DNA from: Ruminococcus albus 7 = DSM 20455
Lineage (GTDB): Bacteria; Bacillota; Clostridia; Oscillospirales; Ruminococcaceae
Direction of reading: 5' to 3'
Assembly: GCF_000179635.2 (NCBI RefSeq)
Contig: NC_014833.1
Coordinates: forward strand, 3,630,001-3,662,000
Length of the DNA: 32,000 bases
In this document: one piece after another, positions 1 to 8,979 of the stretch
Numbering within the stretch: the stretch's first letter is position 1
Layout: the number at the start of each line of letters is the position of its first letter
Translations under genes and position numbers: made by a program
The notes under the pieces: model-generated
Seen by the model: the letters and a program-made list of their open reading frames with translations, nothing else
Told to the model about the DNA's origin: nothing
Database searches by the model: none

Positions 1-3000
1 TACAAACCTGTGCGCATAAAAAATTACGATGATGAGATCGTACTTGATACAACATACTCTGAGTTGATGCACGAAAATAAAGCTGAACCTGATATTGACA
101 GCGATATAATAGGCATTGACAAATTAAAGCGAAATGGCAGTGTAGTCTACTGGAGTTACTTCAATGAAGATGGTAACGATGGTAACGGACAGTTCATCGA
201 AATGACCATAACCGAATTTGACATCAATGAAGCTGTAAAGGTAATGAGTGCTGCGGGTGGTCGTACCAAATTAGGCTATCAAACATTCATCAACTACATT
301 GAAGATCACAGTTCTCAGATAGTCGTTGATAAGGGAACAGAAGATTTTGAGGATGTAAAAGCTGAATTTCTGAATGGCGAATACGATATTCAGGTCACAG
401 CTGATAATGACAGCCGTGAACAGCTGATAGCTGATTTCATTGATAACACCGACCATACCAGAACACTTGTTCCCGATAACATCGGATACGCTATCGGCAT
501 TTACAGCGGAGAAGCATTTGACAAAACAACTATCGACGAAAATACAAAGAAATACAAGGTAGTTGCTCAGATCGACCGTAAAAACCGCATAGCTGTCAAG
601 TGGGATGAACCCGATCTCCCTGAGAGCGTAAAGGATGCCATATCAAAGGTAGCACTTACCTATGACATCGTGGAAGATGATACTCAAAAAGCAGAGGATG
701 CTGCATTGGACTTTCTCGGCTTAGATGAAGTCGATGATGAGTACACCATACTACGTAATAAAAATGATGCGGTTGAGAATGATACAGTTCAGCTTTCCAT
801 CTTCGGAACACCCGTGTTCACAGAGGAAAATACTCCCGTTGTGCCTGTAAAAGTCGGTGCTGAAATAGAGTATCAGGACAGGACCTATACAGTAACGGCT
901 ATCAAGCCCGAACACAATGAAATAGATCTTCTCGATCAGCATACCGGATGGTATCCTATAACTCGCGTAGAACCACTTGACGTATTTATATCTGAATACG
1001 ATGCTAAAACAGCAAAATCTGTAGTTGAAGCAGCTGCGGTAGTCAACGGACCTCAGAACTATACTATTACAGATGATGAGTTAGGAGTTGGTACACCGAA
1101 AGAAAAATACAAGGCAAACATTGCTGCTATTAAACTGCTGAAACAGATAGAAGCCGAGGACAGGCAGGCAACAGTCGAGGAACAGGAAGTGCTTGCACAT
1201 TATGTCGGTTGGGGCGGACTTTCGGGAGCTTTTGAAGCAACTAACAGTTCATGGGAAAATGAATACTCAGAACTGAAAAATCTGCTTACACCGGAGGAAT
1301 ACAATGCAGCACTCAATTCCGTGGTAAATGCACACTTTACAAGCCCGGTAATTATCAGAAAGATGTATACCGCACTGGAAAACTTCGGCTTTAAGGGCGG
1401 CAAGGTGCTGGAACCGTCCTGCGGTATCGGTAATTTCTTAGGCTGTGCTCCGACCGACAAAGCGGCTAACTATCAGTTCACGGGAGTTGAGATAGACAGT
1501 ATCACGGGACGTATAGCAAAACAGCTTTATCCGCAGGCAAAAATACAAGTTACTGGCTTTCAGAATGCTGATGTTAAAGACAATTACTTCGATGTAGTAA
1601 TAGGTAATGTACCGTTTGCAAACTACAGCGTGACGGACCGTAAGTATAACAAGTCAAATCACCTGATACATGACTATTTCATACTGAAATCCCTCGATCT
1701 GACACGCGCAGGCGGTGTAGTTGCAGTAATTACTTCATCTGGTACAATGGATAAGGTGTCCGCAAAGGTACGAACAGAGATCAGCAACAAAGCAAAGCTG
1801 ATTGGTGCTATAAGGCTGCCTGACACAGCATTTGAAAAAAATGCCGGAACAAATGCAGTCGCAGATATCCTTTTCCTGCAAAAGCGTTCAGAACCAAATG
1901 CAGACTATGAAGACTGGCTTGAAGTTGACCGCGAAACATATTACGGTCTGCCTATAAATCAGTATTTCATAGATCACCCCGAAATGGTCTGCGGAACAGT
2001 TCTTGAAACAAGCGGCAGATACGGTAATACACTTACTGTCCGAGAGAATGAAGGTGAAACACTTGAACAGGCATTAGATAAGGCTATTCAGAATCTGCAA
2101 GCAACAATCTCAGTTCAGACTATAAGCAGACCTCAGCCAACAATAACTGAGGAAAACAAAGATGCTGAATGGCTTTCGATTCGCGAACAGTATGAAGCGG
2201 ATCCCGATATGCGTAACCATACATTTCGAATGTATAAGTCCAGACCGTTCTTCAAGGAAGGCTCTGTACTGGCAGAAGTTGATATAAGAGATTTCAGTGA
2301 GCAAGAAAAAGATATGCTGACATCACTGATAAAACTAATTGACCAGTACAAAGAAACTCTTTATACGCAGAAGCACAGAAGCGATGAAGAATTTATTGAA
2401 GCGCAAAAAGGATTGAATAATCTGTATGACAGCTATACAGCTAAATACGGTCCTGTTCGTGATGTTTTCACAACACGTAAAAAAGCTAAGATCAGAAAAG
2501 TTATCGAAAATTCCGACGATTTCTATAATCTTCACGCCCTGGAAACAGAGGATAAAGATGACAGCACAAAACTTGTAAAGGCTGCTATATTTAATAGACG
2601 TACAGTTTCAAGGGCGATTGAGATAACTCACTGTGATACAACAGTTGATGCATACTCGGTCTGCCTTAACACTAAAGCCCGTATCGACCTTGAATACATT
2701 TCTTCACTCGTAGACAAGCCTATCGAAGATTGTATAAAGGACCTGAACGGCACATATATATTCAGGGATCCTGAAAAGGTGATTGAAAGCGATATTACAA
2801 GCGGTTGGGAAACTGCCGATGAATATCTCAGCGGTAATGTAGCCCGCAAACTGCGCATAGCAGAGGGATACAGTGCTGTATCACCCGATTATGCAATAAA
2901 TGTCGAAATGCTGAAAAAGGTACAGCCCGAAAGGATACCTGTCGGCAGGATATCTGCACAGCTGGGCAGTTCATGGATACCCGAAAAATACATTGAACAG

Positions 3001-5892
3001 TTTATACGCGAAAAACTTGACGTAGATACAACCGTTGAACATGACCTTGCATCGTCAACATGGCACGTCAATAATACTAACATGGGTGACTGGCGAGAAT
3101 TGTGTTGCAGTGTCTATGGTACCAAAGATATGAATGCATTGAAACTGGTCGATGCATCATTGAACCTGAGAAATGCAAAGGTGGGACACGTTGAGGACGG
3201 ATCCGATGGCAAAAAACACTATGTAGTAGATCAGGAAAAAACACAAGAAGCTATGAACAAGCAGGATACGGTTAAGGAAATGTTTGAAAACTGGATATTC
3301 GCTGATCCGTACCGAGCACAAGAGCTTGAAGATATCTTCAACGCTCGTTTTAATGTATACAGACTGCGAACATTTGACGGTTCTCATCTGACCTTTGACG
3401 GTATGAATTCAGACATAACACTAAAAGATTATCAGAAAGATGCAGTTGCAAGAATGCTTTACGGCGGCAGTTCGATACTTTCACACGTAGTCGGTGCCGG
3501 CAAGACATTTGAAATGACTGCTGCGGCTATGGAACTTCGCAGGACAGGACTTGCAACAAAGCCATTATTCGTAGTGCCGAACCACCTTGTAAATCAGTGG
3601 GCTGCGGATTTCGTGAAATTATACCCTGAAGCTAACGTACTGGCAATCAACGGAGGTGATAAAGCAAAAAGGCAGAAAATGACAAGCCGTATTGCAACAG
3701 GTGACTGGGATGCGGTTATAATGCCGTACTCAGTATTTGCAAAGGTACAGCTTTCACCAAATAGAAGAGCGCTGTACTATCAGCAAGAAATAGATCAGTG
3801 CATTGCCATAGAAGAAGAACAACGCGGCAGCATAAGTGCTAAAGCGGCAGTTACACGACGTAAACAGCTTGAAAACCGACTTGATGCTCTTGATTACATT
3901 ATGGATAGAGATAAAAACATATACTTTGAAGAAACAGGCATAGATTATATCTTTGTAGATGAAGCCCACAACTTCAAAAATCTCTATACCAATACAAAAT
4001 TGAACAACATCAAGGGTATCACTTCAACAGGCTCAAAAATGGCTGAAAATCTCCTGTTGGTAACAAACTATCTGCGAGAAGTCAACGGAGAGAACAGAGG
4101 TACAGTCCTTGCATCGGGTACGATAATCTCAAACTCGATGACAGAACTATATACAGCAATGAGATATGTTGCTCCCTCATACCTGAAAGAAAAAGGATAC
4201 TCATCGTTCGATTCGTGGATCGCAGACTACGGCAGACTTACAACAGATCTTGAACTTGATCCGACCGGAACATCATTCCGTTCGATAACAAAGTTTAAGG
4301 AATACAAGAACGTCACTCTCCTGCAAACGGACTTCCACACTTGTGCAGATGTAAAAATGAAAGAGGACCTCGATCTGAAAACACCAAAGGTCAAAACTCT
4401 TGTAGTCGTTACTGAACCAACGGATATACAGAAAGCATTTATAAAAGAGTGTGGAGAACGTGCTGACAGAGTACACAATAAGGAAGTCGGCAGAGATGTT
4501 GACAATATGCTGTTGATCTCAACCGATGGCAGTAAATGCGCCCTCGATCAGAGATTGATTGACCCATCTTATCCGGATGATCCGAACAGCAAAATCAACA
4601 TCTGTGTGGAAAATGTGTTCAAGGTCTATACAGACACAAACGATAACAGGCTGACACAGGTGATTTTCCTCGATACTTCTACTCCAAAAGGCGATGGAAT
4701 TTTTAGCTTGTATGACGATATCAAGAAAAAGCTGATAGCAAAAGGTATCCCGGAGGAAGAAATAGCATACGTCCATGATGCTAAGAACGCTGAGGAAAAA
4801 GAAAAACTGTTTGAAAAGGTCAGAAACAGAGATATAAGGGTAATACTCGGCAGTACAGAGAAAATGGGTGCGGGAACTAACATACAGGATTATCTGTACG
4901 CTATCCACCACTTGGATATTCCGTGGAGACCGAGTGACTACGATCAGAGAAACGGAAGAGGTGAAAGACAGGGTAACAAGTGCGCTGATATAGGCGATGG
5001 GCAGATCCTTGAATTCAAGTACAGCTGCAAGGGTACATTCGATGCTTACAGATGGCAGACTATCGAGGGCAAGTCGATAATGATAAAACAGGTGCTTACA
5101 AGCAAGCTGCATTCGGATGAAATAGAAGCTTTTGATGATACAAGTCTTAAATACGCTGAAATAAAGGCTCTGTCACTTGGTGATCCGAGAATTAAGGAAT
5201 TTGCAACGCTGAAAAACGATATTCAGAAACTCAAACAGAAGAAATCACAGTTTGATACTGAGTTGCATGATGCTCAGAGGAAGGCGGAGATAACTTATCC
5301 GCAGGAGATAAAAGCACTCAACAACAGACTGCTTGGGCTGTATGACGATAAAAAGCAGGCTGCTGCTACTGCTGAAAATGAGTCCTTTACTTGTACGATA
5401 CGCGGCAATGAGTTTATCGACAAAAAAGAAGCGGGTAAAACTCTGATAGGTCTTAGAAAGATCGCCACACAAGAAGGTATCGCTGTAGGTGAGTACAGAG
5501 GATTTAAAATGCTGCTTGTCGAAACAGGCATAACAAGTGATTATTCTACTCCGATAATCAGCCTTGAACTCCGCAGAAAGACCACATTCAGGACATCTAT
5601 GGGAACAAGTCATGAGGGTGTTTTCGACAACATCGACAACATTCTTGACAACATGATAGATAAAAGCATCGCGGAAAATGAGGATAAACTCAAAGAAACC
5701 GAGAAGAATCTGAATGTAGCCAAAACACGCTGCGGCGATGTGTTCCCGCATGAAGATGAACTGCGTGAAAAACAGCACAGATACAAGGAGCTGTCACTGG
5801 AACTTGCAGTTGGTGATGACAGTGACAACAGAATGGCAGCTATCTCAGCTGATGAAACCGAAAACAACACTACATCGAGGGGCAGACGATAA
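1..5892 (+). CDS. Polyvalent N6-adenine DNA methyltransferase / SNF2-type helicase fusion protein (phage P1 DarB-like, probable anti-restriction); 5' end may lie outside the window
   Basis: Frame +1 has no stop from nt 1, and the ORF track starts at a GTG at nt 10 with no visible SD, so the start is uncertain. SAM-binding motif LEPSCGIGNF (1408-1437). Motif IV GNVPFANY, (D/N)PP(Y/F)-type (1603-1626). Helicase motif I GAGKT (3493-3507), DEAH box in FVDEAHNF (3958-3969), and motif VI-like QRNGRGERQGN. Stop TAA at 5890-5892. Confidence 0.85.
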   Translation, partial: YKPVRIKNYDDEIVLDTTYSELMHENKAEPDIDSDIIGIDKLKRNGSVVYWSYFNEDGNDGNGQFIEMTITEFDINEAVKVMSAAGGRTKLGYQTFINYIEDHSSQIVVDKGTEDFEDVKAEFLNGEYDIQVTADNDSREQLIADFIDNTDHTRTLVPDNIGYAIGIYSGEAFDKTTIDENTKKYKVVAQIDRKNRIAVKWDEPDLPESVKDAISKVALTYDIVEDDTQKAEDAALDFLGLDEVDDEYTILRNKNDAVENDTVQLSIFGTPVFTEENTPVVPVKVGAEIEYQDRTYTVTAIKPEHNEIDLLDQHTGWYPITRVEPLDVFISEYDAKTAKSVVEAAAVVNGPQNYTITDDELGVGTPKEKYKANIAAIKLLKQIEAEDRQATVEEQEVLAHYVGWGGLSGAFEATNSSWENEYSELKNLLTPEEYNAALNSVVNAHFTSPVIIRKMYTALENFGFKGGKVLEPSCGIGNFLGCAPTDKAANYQFTGVEIDSITGRIAKQLYPQAKIQVTGFQNADVKDNYFDVVIGNVPFANYSVTDRKYNKSNHLIHDYFILKSLDLTRAGGVVAVITSSGTMDKVSAKVRTEISNKAKLIGAIRLPDTAFEKNAGTNAVADILFLQKRSEPNADYEDWLEVDRETYYGLPINQYFIDHPEMVCGTVLETSGRYGNTLTVRENEGETLEQALDKAIQNLQATISVQTISRPQPTITEENKDAEWLSIREQYEADPDMRNHTFRMYKSRPFFKEGSVLAEVDIRDFSEQEKDMLTSLIKLIDQYKETLYTQKHRSDEEFIEAQKGLNNLYDSYTAKYGPVRDVFTTRKKAKIRKVIENSDDFYNLHALETEDKDDSTKLVKAAIFNRRTVSRAIEITHCDTTVDAYSVCLNTKARIDLEYISSLVDKPIEDCIKDLNGTYIFRDPEKVIESDITSGWETADEYLSGNVARKLRIAEGYSAVSPDYAINVEMLKKVQPERIPVGRISAQLGSSWIPEKYIEQFIREKLDVDTTVEHDLASSTWHVNNTNMGDWRELCCSVYGTKDMNALKLVDASLNLRNAKVGHVEDGSDGKKHYVVDQEKTQEAMNKQDTVKEMFENWIFADPYRAQELEDIFNARFNVYRLRTFDGSHLTFDGMNSDITLKDYQKDAVARMLYGGSSILSHVVGAGKTFEMTAAAMELRRTGLATKPLFVVPNHLVNQWAADFVKLYPEANVLAINGGDKAKRQKMTSRIATGDWDAVIMPYSVFAKVQLSPNRRALYYQQEIDQCIAIEEEQRGSISAKAAVTRRKQLENRLDALDYIMDRDKNIYFEETGIDYIFVDEAHNFKNLYTNTKLNNIKGITSTGSKMAENLLLVTNYLREVNGENRGTVLASGTIISNSMTELYTAMRYVAPSYLKEKGYSSFDSWIADYGRLTTDLELDPTGTSFRSITKFKEYKNVTLLQTDFHTCADVKMKEDLDLKTPKVKTLVVVTEPTDIQKAFIKECGERADRVHNKEVGRDVDNMLLISTDGSKCALDQRLIDPSYPDDPNSKINICVENVFKVYTDTNDNRLTQVIFLDTSTPKGDGIFSLYDDIKKKLIAKGIPEEEIAYVHDAKNAEEKEKLFEKVRNRDIRVILGSTEKMGAGTNIQDYLYAIHHLDIPWRPSDYDQRNGRGERQGNKCADIGDGQILEFKYSCKGTFDAYRWQTIEGKSIMIKQVLTSKLHSDEIEAFDDTSLKYAEIKALSLGDPRIKEFATLKNDIQKLKQKKSQFDTELHDAQRKAEITYPQEIKALNNRLLGLYDDKKQAAATAENESFTCTIRGNEFIDKKEAGKTLIGLRKIATQEGIAVGEYRGFKMLLVETGITSDYSTPIISLELRRKTTFRTSMGTSHEGVFDNIDNILDNMIDKSIAENEDKLKETEKNLNVAKTRCGDVFPHEDELREKQHRYKELSLELAVGDDSDNRMAAISADETENNTTSRGRR

Positions 5893-5935
5893 CGTTTGTC
5901 CCTCTTTTTAGGGGGTGATAATATGAAAAATATAA

Positions 5936-6957
5936 CATGGTTATCCCTTTAACACACCACAGATAATTTACAATGCTGTCCAAATAAACAGACCTCAAAA
6001 ACCGGAAAATATAGTATAATAGTGACAGGAAACGAAAGGAGCTGTCGCTATGTCAAAAAGATTTCCGAAACCTGAGATCACACTTGATGGGATATATTCA
6101 AAGTTCGCAGATGAAAGCTTTTGCAAGGATTTTCTGCTTGATATCCGCTTTGAAAAGGGCTTTGCCTGCCCGTTTTGCGGTGGCTCTGAGTACCGCAGGA
6201 TAAGGTCACGCCATCTGCTGCGCTGCAAGTTCTGTAAAGCAGATATATCCGCCACAAACGGAACTTTTATGCACAGAACACATATTCCGCTCAGACTGTG
6301 GATAGTCACCGCATTCCTCATTATGAGCAACAAATGCAGTGTTTCTGCTGTTACGCTGATGAGGTCTTTGGGGGTGACCTACAAGACTGCATGGTACATC
6401 CTTCACCGCATCAGAAAAGCTATGAAATGCCGTGAAGAACGCTATTTGCTCGACGGAATCGTTGAACTTGATGACACGTATCTCGGTGCTCCGACTCACG
6501 GTAAAAAGCGCGGCAGAGGTACTGAAAAAGTCAAGATGATCGTAGCTTTATCGAAGAACGCAGCAGGAAATCCCGAGTACGTTAAAATGAGCGATGTGCC
6601 GAATTTAAAGGGTATAACTGTGGGTAGATTTGCCAGGGATAATATCCGCGCAGGCTCGAAGATCGAGAGTGATAATGCTCGAAGTTACAAGAAACCGTTG
6701 GCACAGAAATACTTCCATGTTTTTGAAACATATGATCCGACAAGCGGTCAGCTGAACTGGATGCATAAAGTTATATCAAACTTCAAAGCAATGATCATGG
6801 GAACTTACCACGGAAACGAAAAGATCCACACAGCGTTATATGCTGCCGAATACTGCTACAAATTCAACCGTCGTAAGCTGGGAAACAGTGCGTATTTAAG
6901 GCTTTTGGCTGCTTTGGTGCAGTGATCTTACTTGTGGTGTGTTAAGGGGATAACCAT
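5936..6957 (+). mobile_element. IS1595-family insertion sequence, apparently intact (~1.02 kb)
   Basis: Terminal inverted repeats ATGGTTATCCCTTTAACACACCACA (5937-5961) and its reverse complement at 6933-6957 match at 24/25 positions. They enclose a single transposase ORF. A 9-bp direct repeat AAAATATAA abuts both ends (5927-5935 and 6958-6966), consistent with the 7-9 bp target duplications of this family. Confidence 0.85.
6050..6925 (+). CDS. IS1595-family (ISXO2-like) DDE transposase
   Basis: 291 aa. N-terminal transposase zinc ribbon CPFCGGSEY...CKFCKAD, followed by an IS1595-type DDE domain pattern (LDGIVELDDTYLG..., ...IESDNARSYK...). SD AAGGAG at 6036-6041, 8 nt before the ATG. Confidence 0.85.
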   Translation: MSKRFPKPEITLDGIYSKFADESFCKDFLLDIRFEKGFACPFCGGSEYRRIRSRHLLRCKFCKADISATNGTFMHRTHIPLRLWIVTAFLIMSNKCSVSAVTLMRSLGVTYKTAWYILHRIRKAMKCREERYLLDGIVELDDTYLGAPTHGKKRGRGTEKVKMIVALSKNAAGNPEYVKMSDVPNLKGITVGRFARDNIRAGSKIESDNARSYKKPLAQKYFHVFETYDPTSGQLNWMHKVISNFKAMIMGTYHGNEKIHTALYAAEYCYKFNRRKLGNSAYLRLLAALVQ

Positions 6958-6959
6958 AA

Positions 6960-7400
6960 AATATAATAATACAGTTTAGATATCCTGATAGACCGCGCAA
7001 AGAATTTGTCTTTCCGATAAGCGAATTACTCTCATATATTCGATTGGACGGACCTATGCTGAAACGCTTTGCTGATGATAAATCTATTACTGAAAATGCT
7101 TATGATGAGTTCTGCAAGGATCCTATCAATAACTTTAATAAATATTCAGACTCAAATCTATGTCAGGTAAGGATAATCAACCATACATCAAAAGATATAG
7201 TTACGGACCGTACTATTGATCGGCTGGAACTTGCTCGATACTACATCAACAACAAGGATATATGTGAGCTCATAGAAATGCAGATCCGCAAAGACAGCGC
7301 GTTTCTCGGCAGAAATGATATCTATATATCCGATGTATCTGATATAAATCGGATAAAAAGAATAAAGGTCGATATCCTCAGAGGTATCAATTCTATGTAG
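6960..7400 (+). pseudogene. Small gene of unknown function whose SD and first 4 codons (5911-5934) were severed by the IS insertion; the ORF track calls the remnant as 7044-7400
   Basis: The frame is stop-free from 6960 to TAG at 7398-7400. Deleting the IS plus one TSD copy fuses it in frame to ATG 5923, which is preceded by GGGGGTGA. The remnant has no SD before TTG 7044 or ATG 7056. No recognisable domain. Confidence 0.6.
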
Positions 7401-7412
7401 GAGGTGATCTGA

Positions 7413-8480
7413 TTGCCTAAACGTATTTCGTATATAGGTTCAGGGAAAGAGTATGTTCATTATACCAATGATGAACTGGAAAATCTTCGTTCGATTGATA
7501 TGATAGATTTTCTCGGACGAAAAGAAGGCTTTTCTTTCAAACAGACTTCGACTTATTTTAAATGCGTTGAGCATGACAGCTTGGTTATTTACCCTAACCG
7601 CCGTACATGGGCATGGAACAGTCACGATGTTAAGGGAAAAAACGTTCTTGACTGGCTCCAGCGTGTCGATGGTCTTTCGTTCCAGGAAGCTTGTATGATG
7701 CTCTCCCCGCTTGAGACCGAAACTGTAACAAGATTCAAGAAAACTACATCAGCACTAACAACGAGTAAGGAACCGTCACAAAAACAGCTATATATACCCG
7801 AAAAAACGAATGGCAATTACAAAAACGTATATATGTACCTTACCCTTACAAGATGTATAGATGCTGATATAGTCAGTACTCTATTCCATGATAAGCTGAT
7901 CTATCAGGATACTCATAATAATGCCTGTTTCGTCGGCTACGACGAGAATAATAACATTCGCTGCGTAACACAGCGCGGAACGAATACTTATGCAGATAAA
8001 GCATACAAAGGTAACACAACCGGAAGTATGATAGAATACAGCTTTAATGTGCCATGTAATAAGAGTGATCCAAAAGCCGAGATAAACAGGGTATACTTGT
8101 TTGAAGCTCCGATAGACTTATTATCTCATGCTACGATTGCAAAAATAGTCGGATCTCAGAAAGGCGATACTGATAACTGCTGGAAACGGCAAAACAGACT
8201 CGCGCTATTGGGTGTTTCCGATGTTGCACTCCAATCCTATCTCACGCGAAATCCGAATATATCAGAGATAGTCTGCTGCCTTGACAGCGATGCGGCAGGA
8301 CGAGAGGGTGCAAAAAATATAATGCAAAAATACGGCGATAGATACAAAGTATCTATCCATACACCCAAGAACAGCAAAGACTACAATGAAGTGCTGTGTA
8401 AATATATACAGCAAACAATAACCCAAAGTGATAACATCGATAACGATGTTACATATAACAGGACAAGCGCTAGGCGCTAA
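7413..8480 (+). CDS. DUF3991/Toprim-domain protein (conjugative primase-like)
   Basis: 355 aa. TTG start 5 nt after a strong SD, AGGAGGTGA (7400-7408). Toprim signatures YLFEAPIDLLS and CLDSDAAGREGAKN. The architecture is typical of Firmicutes conjugative elements. Confidence 0.7.
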   Translation: MPKRISYIGSGKEYVHYTNDELENLRSIDMIDFLGRKEGFSFKQTSTYFKCVEHDSLVIYPNRRTWAWNSHDVKGKNVLDWLQRVDGLSFQEACMMLSPLETETVTRFKKTTSALTTSKEPSQKQLYIPEKTNGNYKNVYMYLTLTRCIDADIVSTLFHDKLIYQDTHNNACFVGYDENNNIRCVTQRGTNTYADKAYKGNTTGSMIEYSFNVPCNKSDPKAEINRVYLFEAPIDLLSHATIAKIVGSQKGDTDNCWKRQNRLALLGVSDVALQSYLTRNPNISEIVCCLDSDAAGREGAKNIMQKYGDRYKVSIHTPKNSKDYNEVLCKYIQQTITQSDNIDNDVTYNRTSARR

Positions 8481-8500
8481 CTTCAAGGAGGTTTTTAATC

Positions 8501-8890
8501 ATGAAAACAAAAGGCAAAACAACAGCGGTGAAGAAGATGTTTGCCATTATCGTAATGGTATACACAATGATAGTATGCTCTGCATTTTCTGCATCTGCCG
8601 CAGACATCACAACAGCTGACACTGAAACAGCTATCGGAACAACACTTTCTGCTCAGGGCGGCGGTGGAGACGGCTGGGGTGCGATTACTCAGTGGATCTC
8701 AGAAGCTACCGCACAAGTCAAACTGATCGGCTATGGTCTTGCCGCATTCTGCGTAATGTGTCTCGGTATCATATTCATTACCGGTGGCGGTCAGGGACTT
8801 CAGAAAGGTAAGGGCATGGCAGTCAGCATACTTGTTGGTGTCGCTGTTCTTTCGTTCGGCGTTGGACTTATAGGCTCACTTCAGGGATAA
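8501..8890 (+). CDS. TrbC/VirB2-like small membrane protein (putative T4SS pilin-like subunit)
   Basis: 129 aa. SD AAGGAGG upstream. Signal-peptide-like N-terminus ending AFSASAAD, then two hydrophobic helices separated by a GGGQGLQKGKG loop. Sits at the head of the T4SS gene block. Confidence 0.5.
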   Translation: MKTKGKTTAVKKMFAIIVMVYTMIVCSAFSASAADITTADTETAIGTTLSAQGGGGDGWGAITQWISEATAQVKLIGYGLAAFCVMCLGIIFITGGGQGLQKGKGMAVSILVGVAVLSFGVGLIGSLQG

Positions 8891-8896
8891 GATTTG

Positions 8897-8945
8897 CGGC
8901 ACACATATTATGTGTGCCGTAAAGGGCAGAAATGTTCTGCTTTTT
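8897..8945 (+). terminator. Two consecutive hairpins after the pilin-like gene; the second is a rho-independent terminator or attenuator
   Basis: Hairpin 1: CGGCACACATA-T-TATGTGTGCCG (8897-8919), 11-bp arms, no U tract. Hairpin 2: GCAGAA-ATG-TTCTGC (8926-8940) followed by TTTTT (8941-8945). Confidence 0.5.
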
Positions 8946-8979
8946 GCAGCACACATAATATAGATTGGAGGATATTAAA

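Noticed and set aside
4519-5778. Long antisense ORFs in the track (4519-5112, 197 aa; 5245-5778, 177 aa; and many 60-110 aa minus-strand ORFs from nt 271 to about 28 kb)
   Set aside because: All lie fully inside strongly supported + strand genes. Their translations are low-complexity, Ser/Leu/Phe/Cys-rich, as expected for the antisense of AT-rich coding DNA. They have no SD sequences or recognisable motifs.
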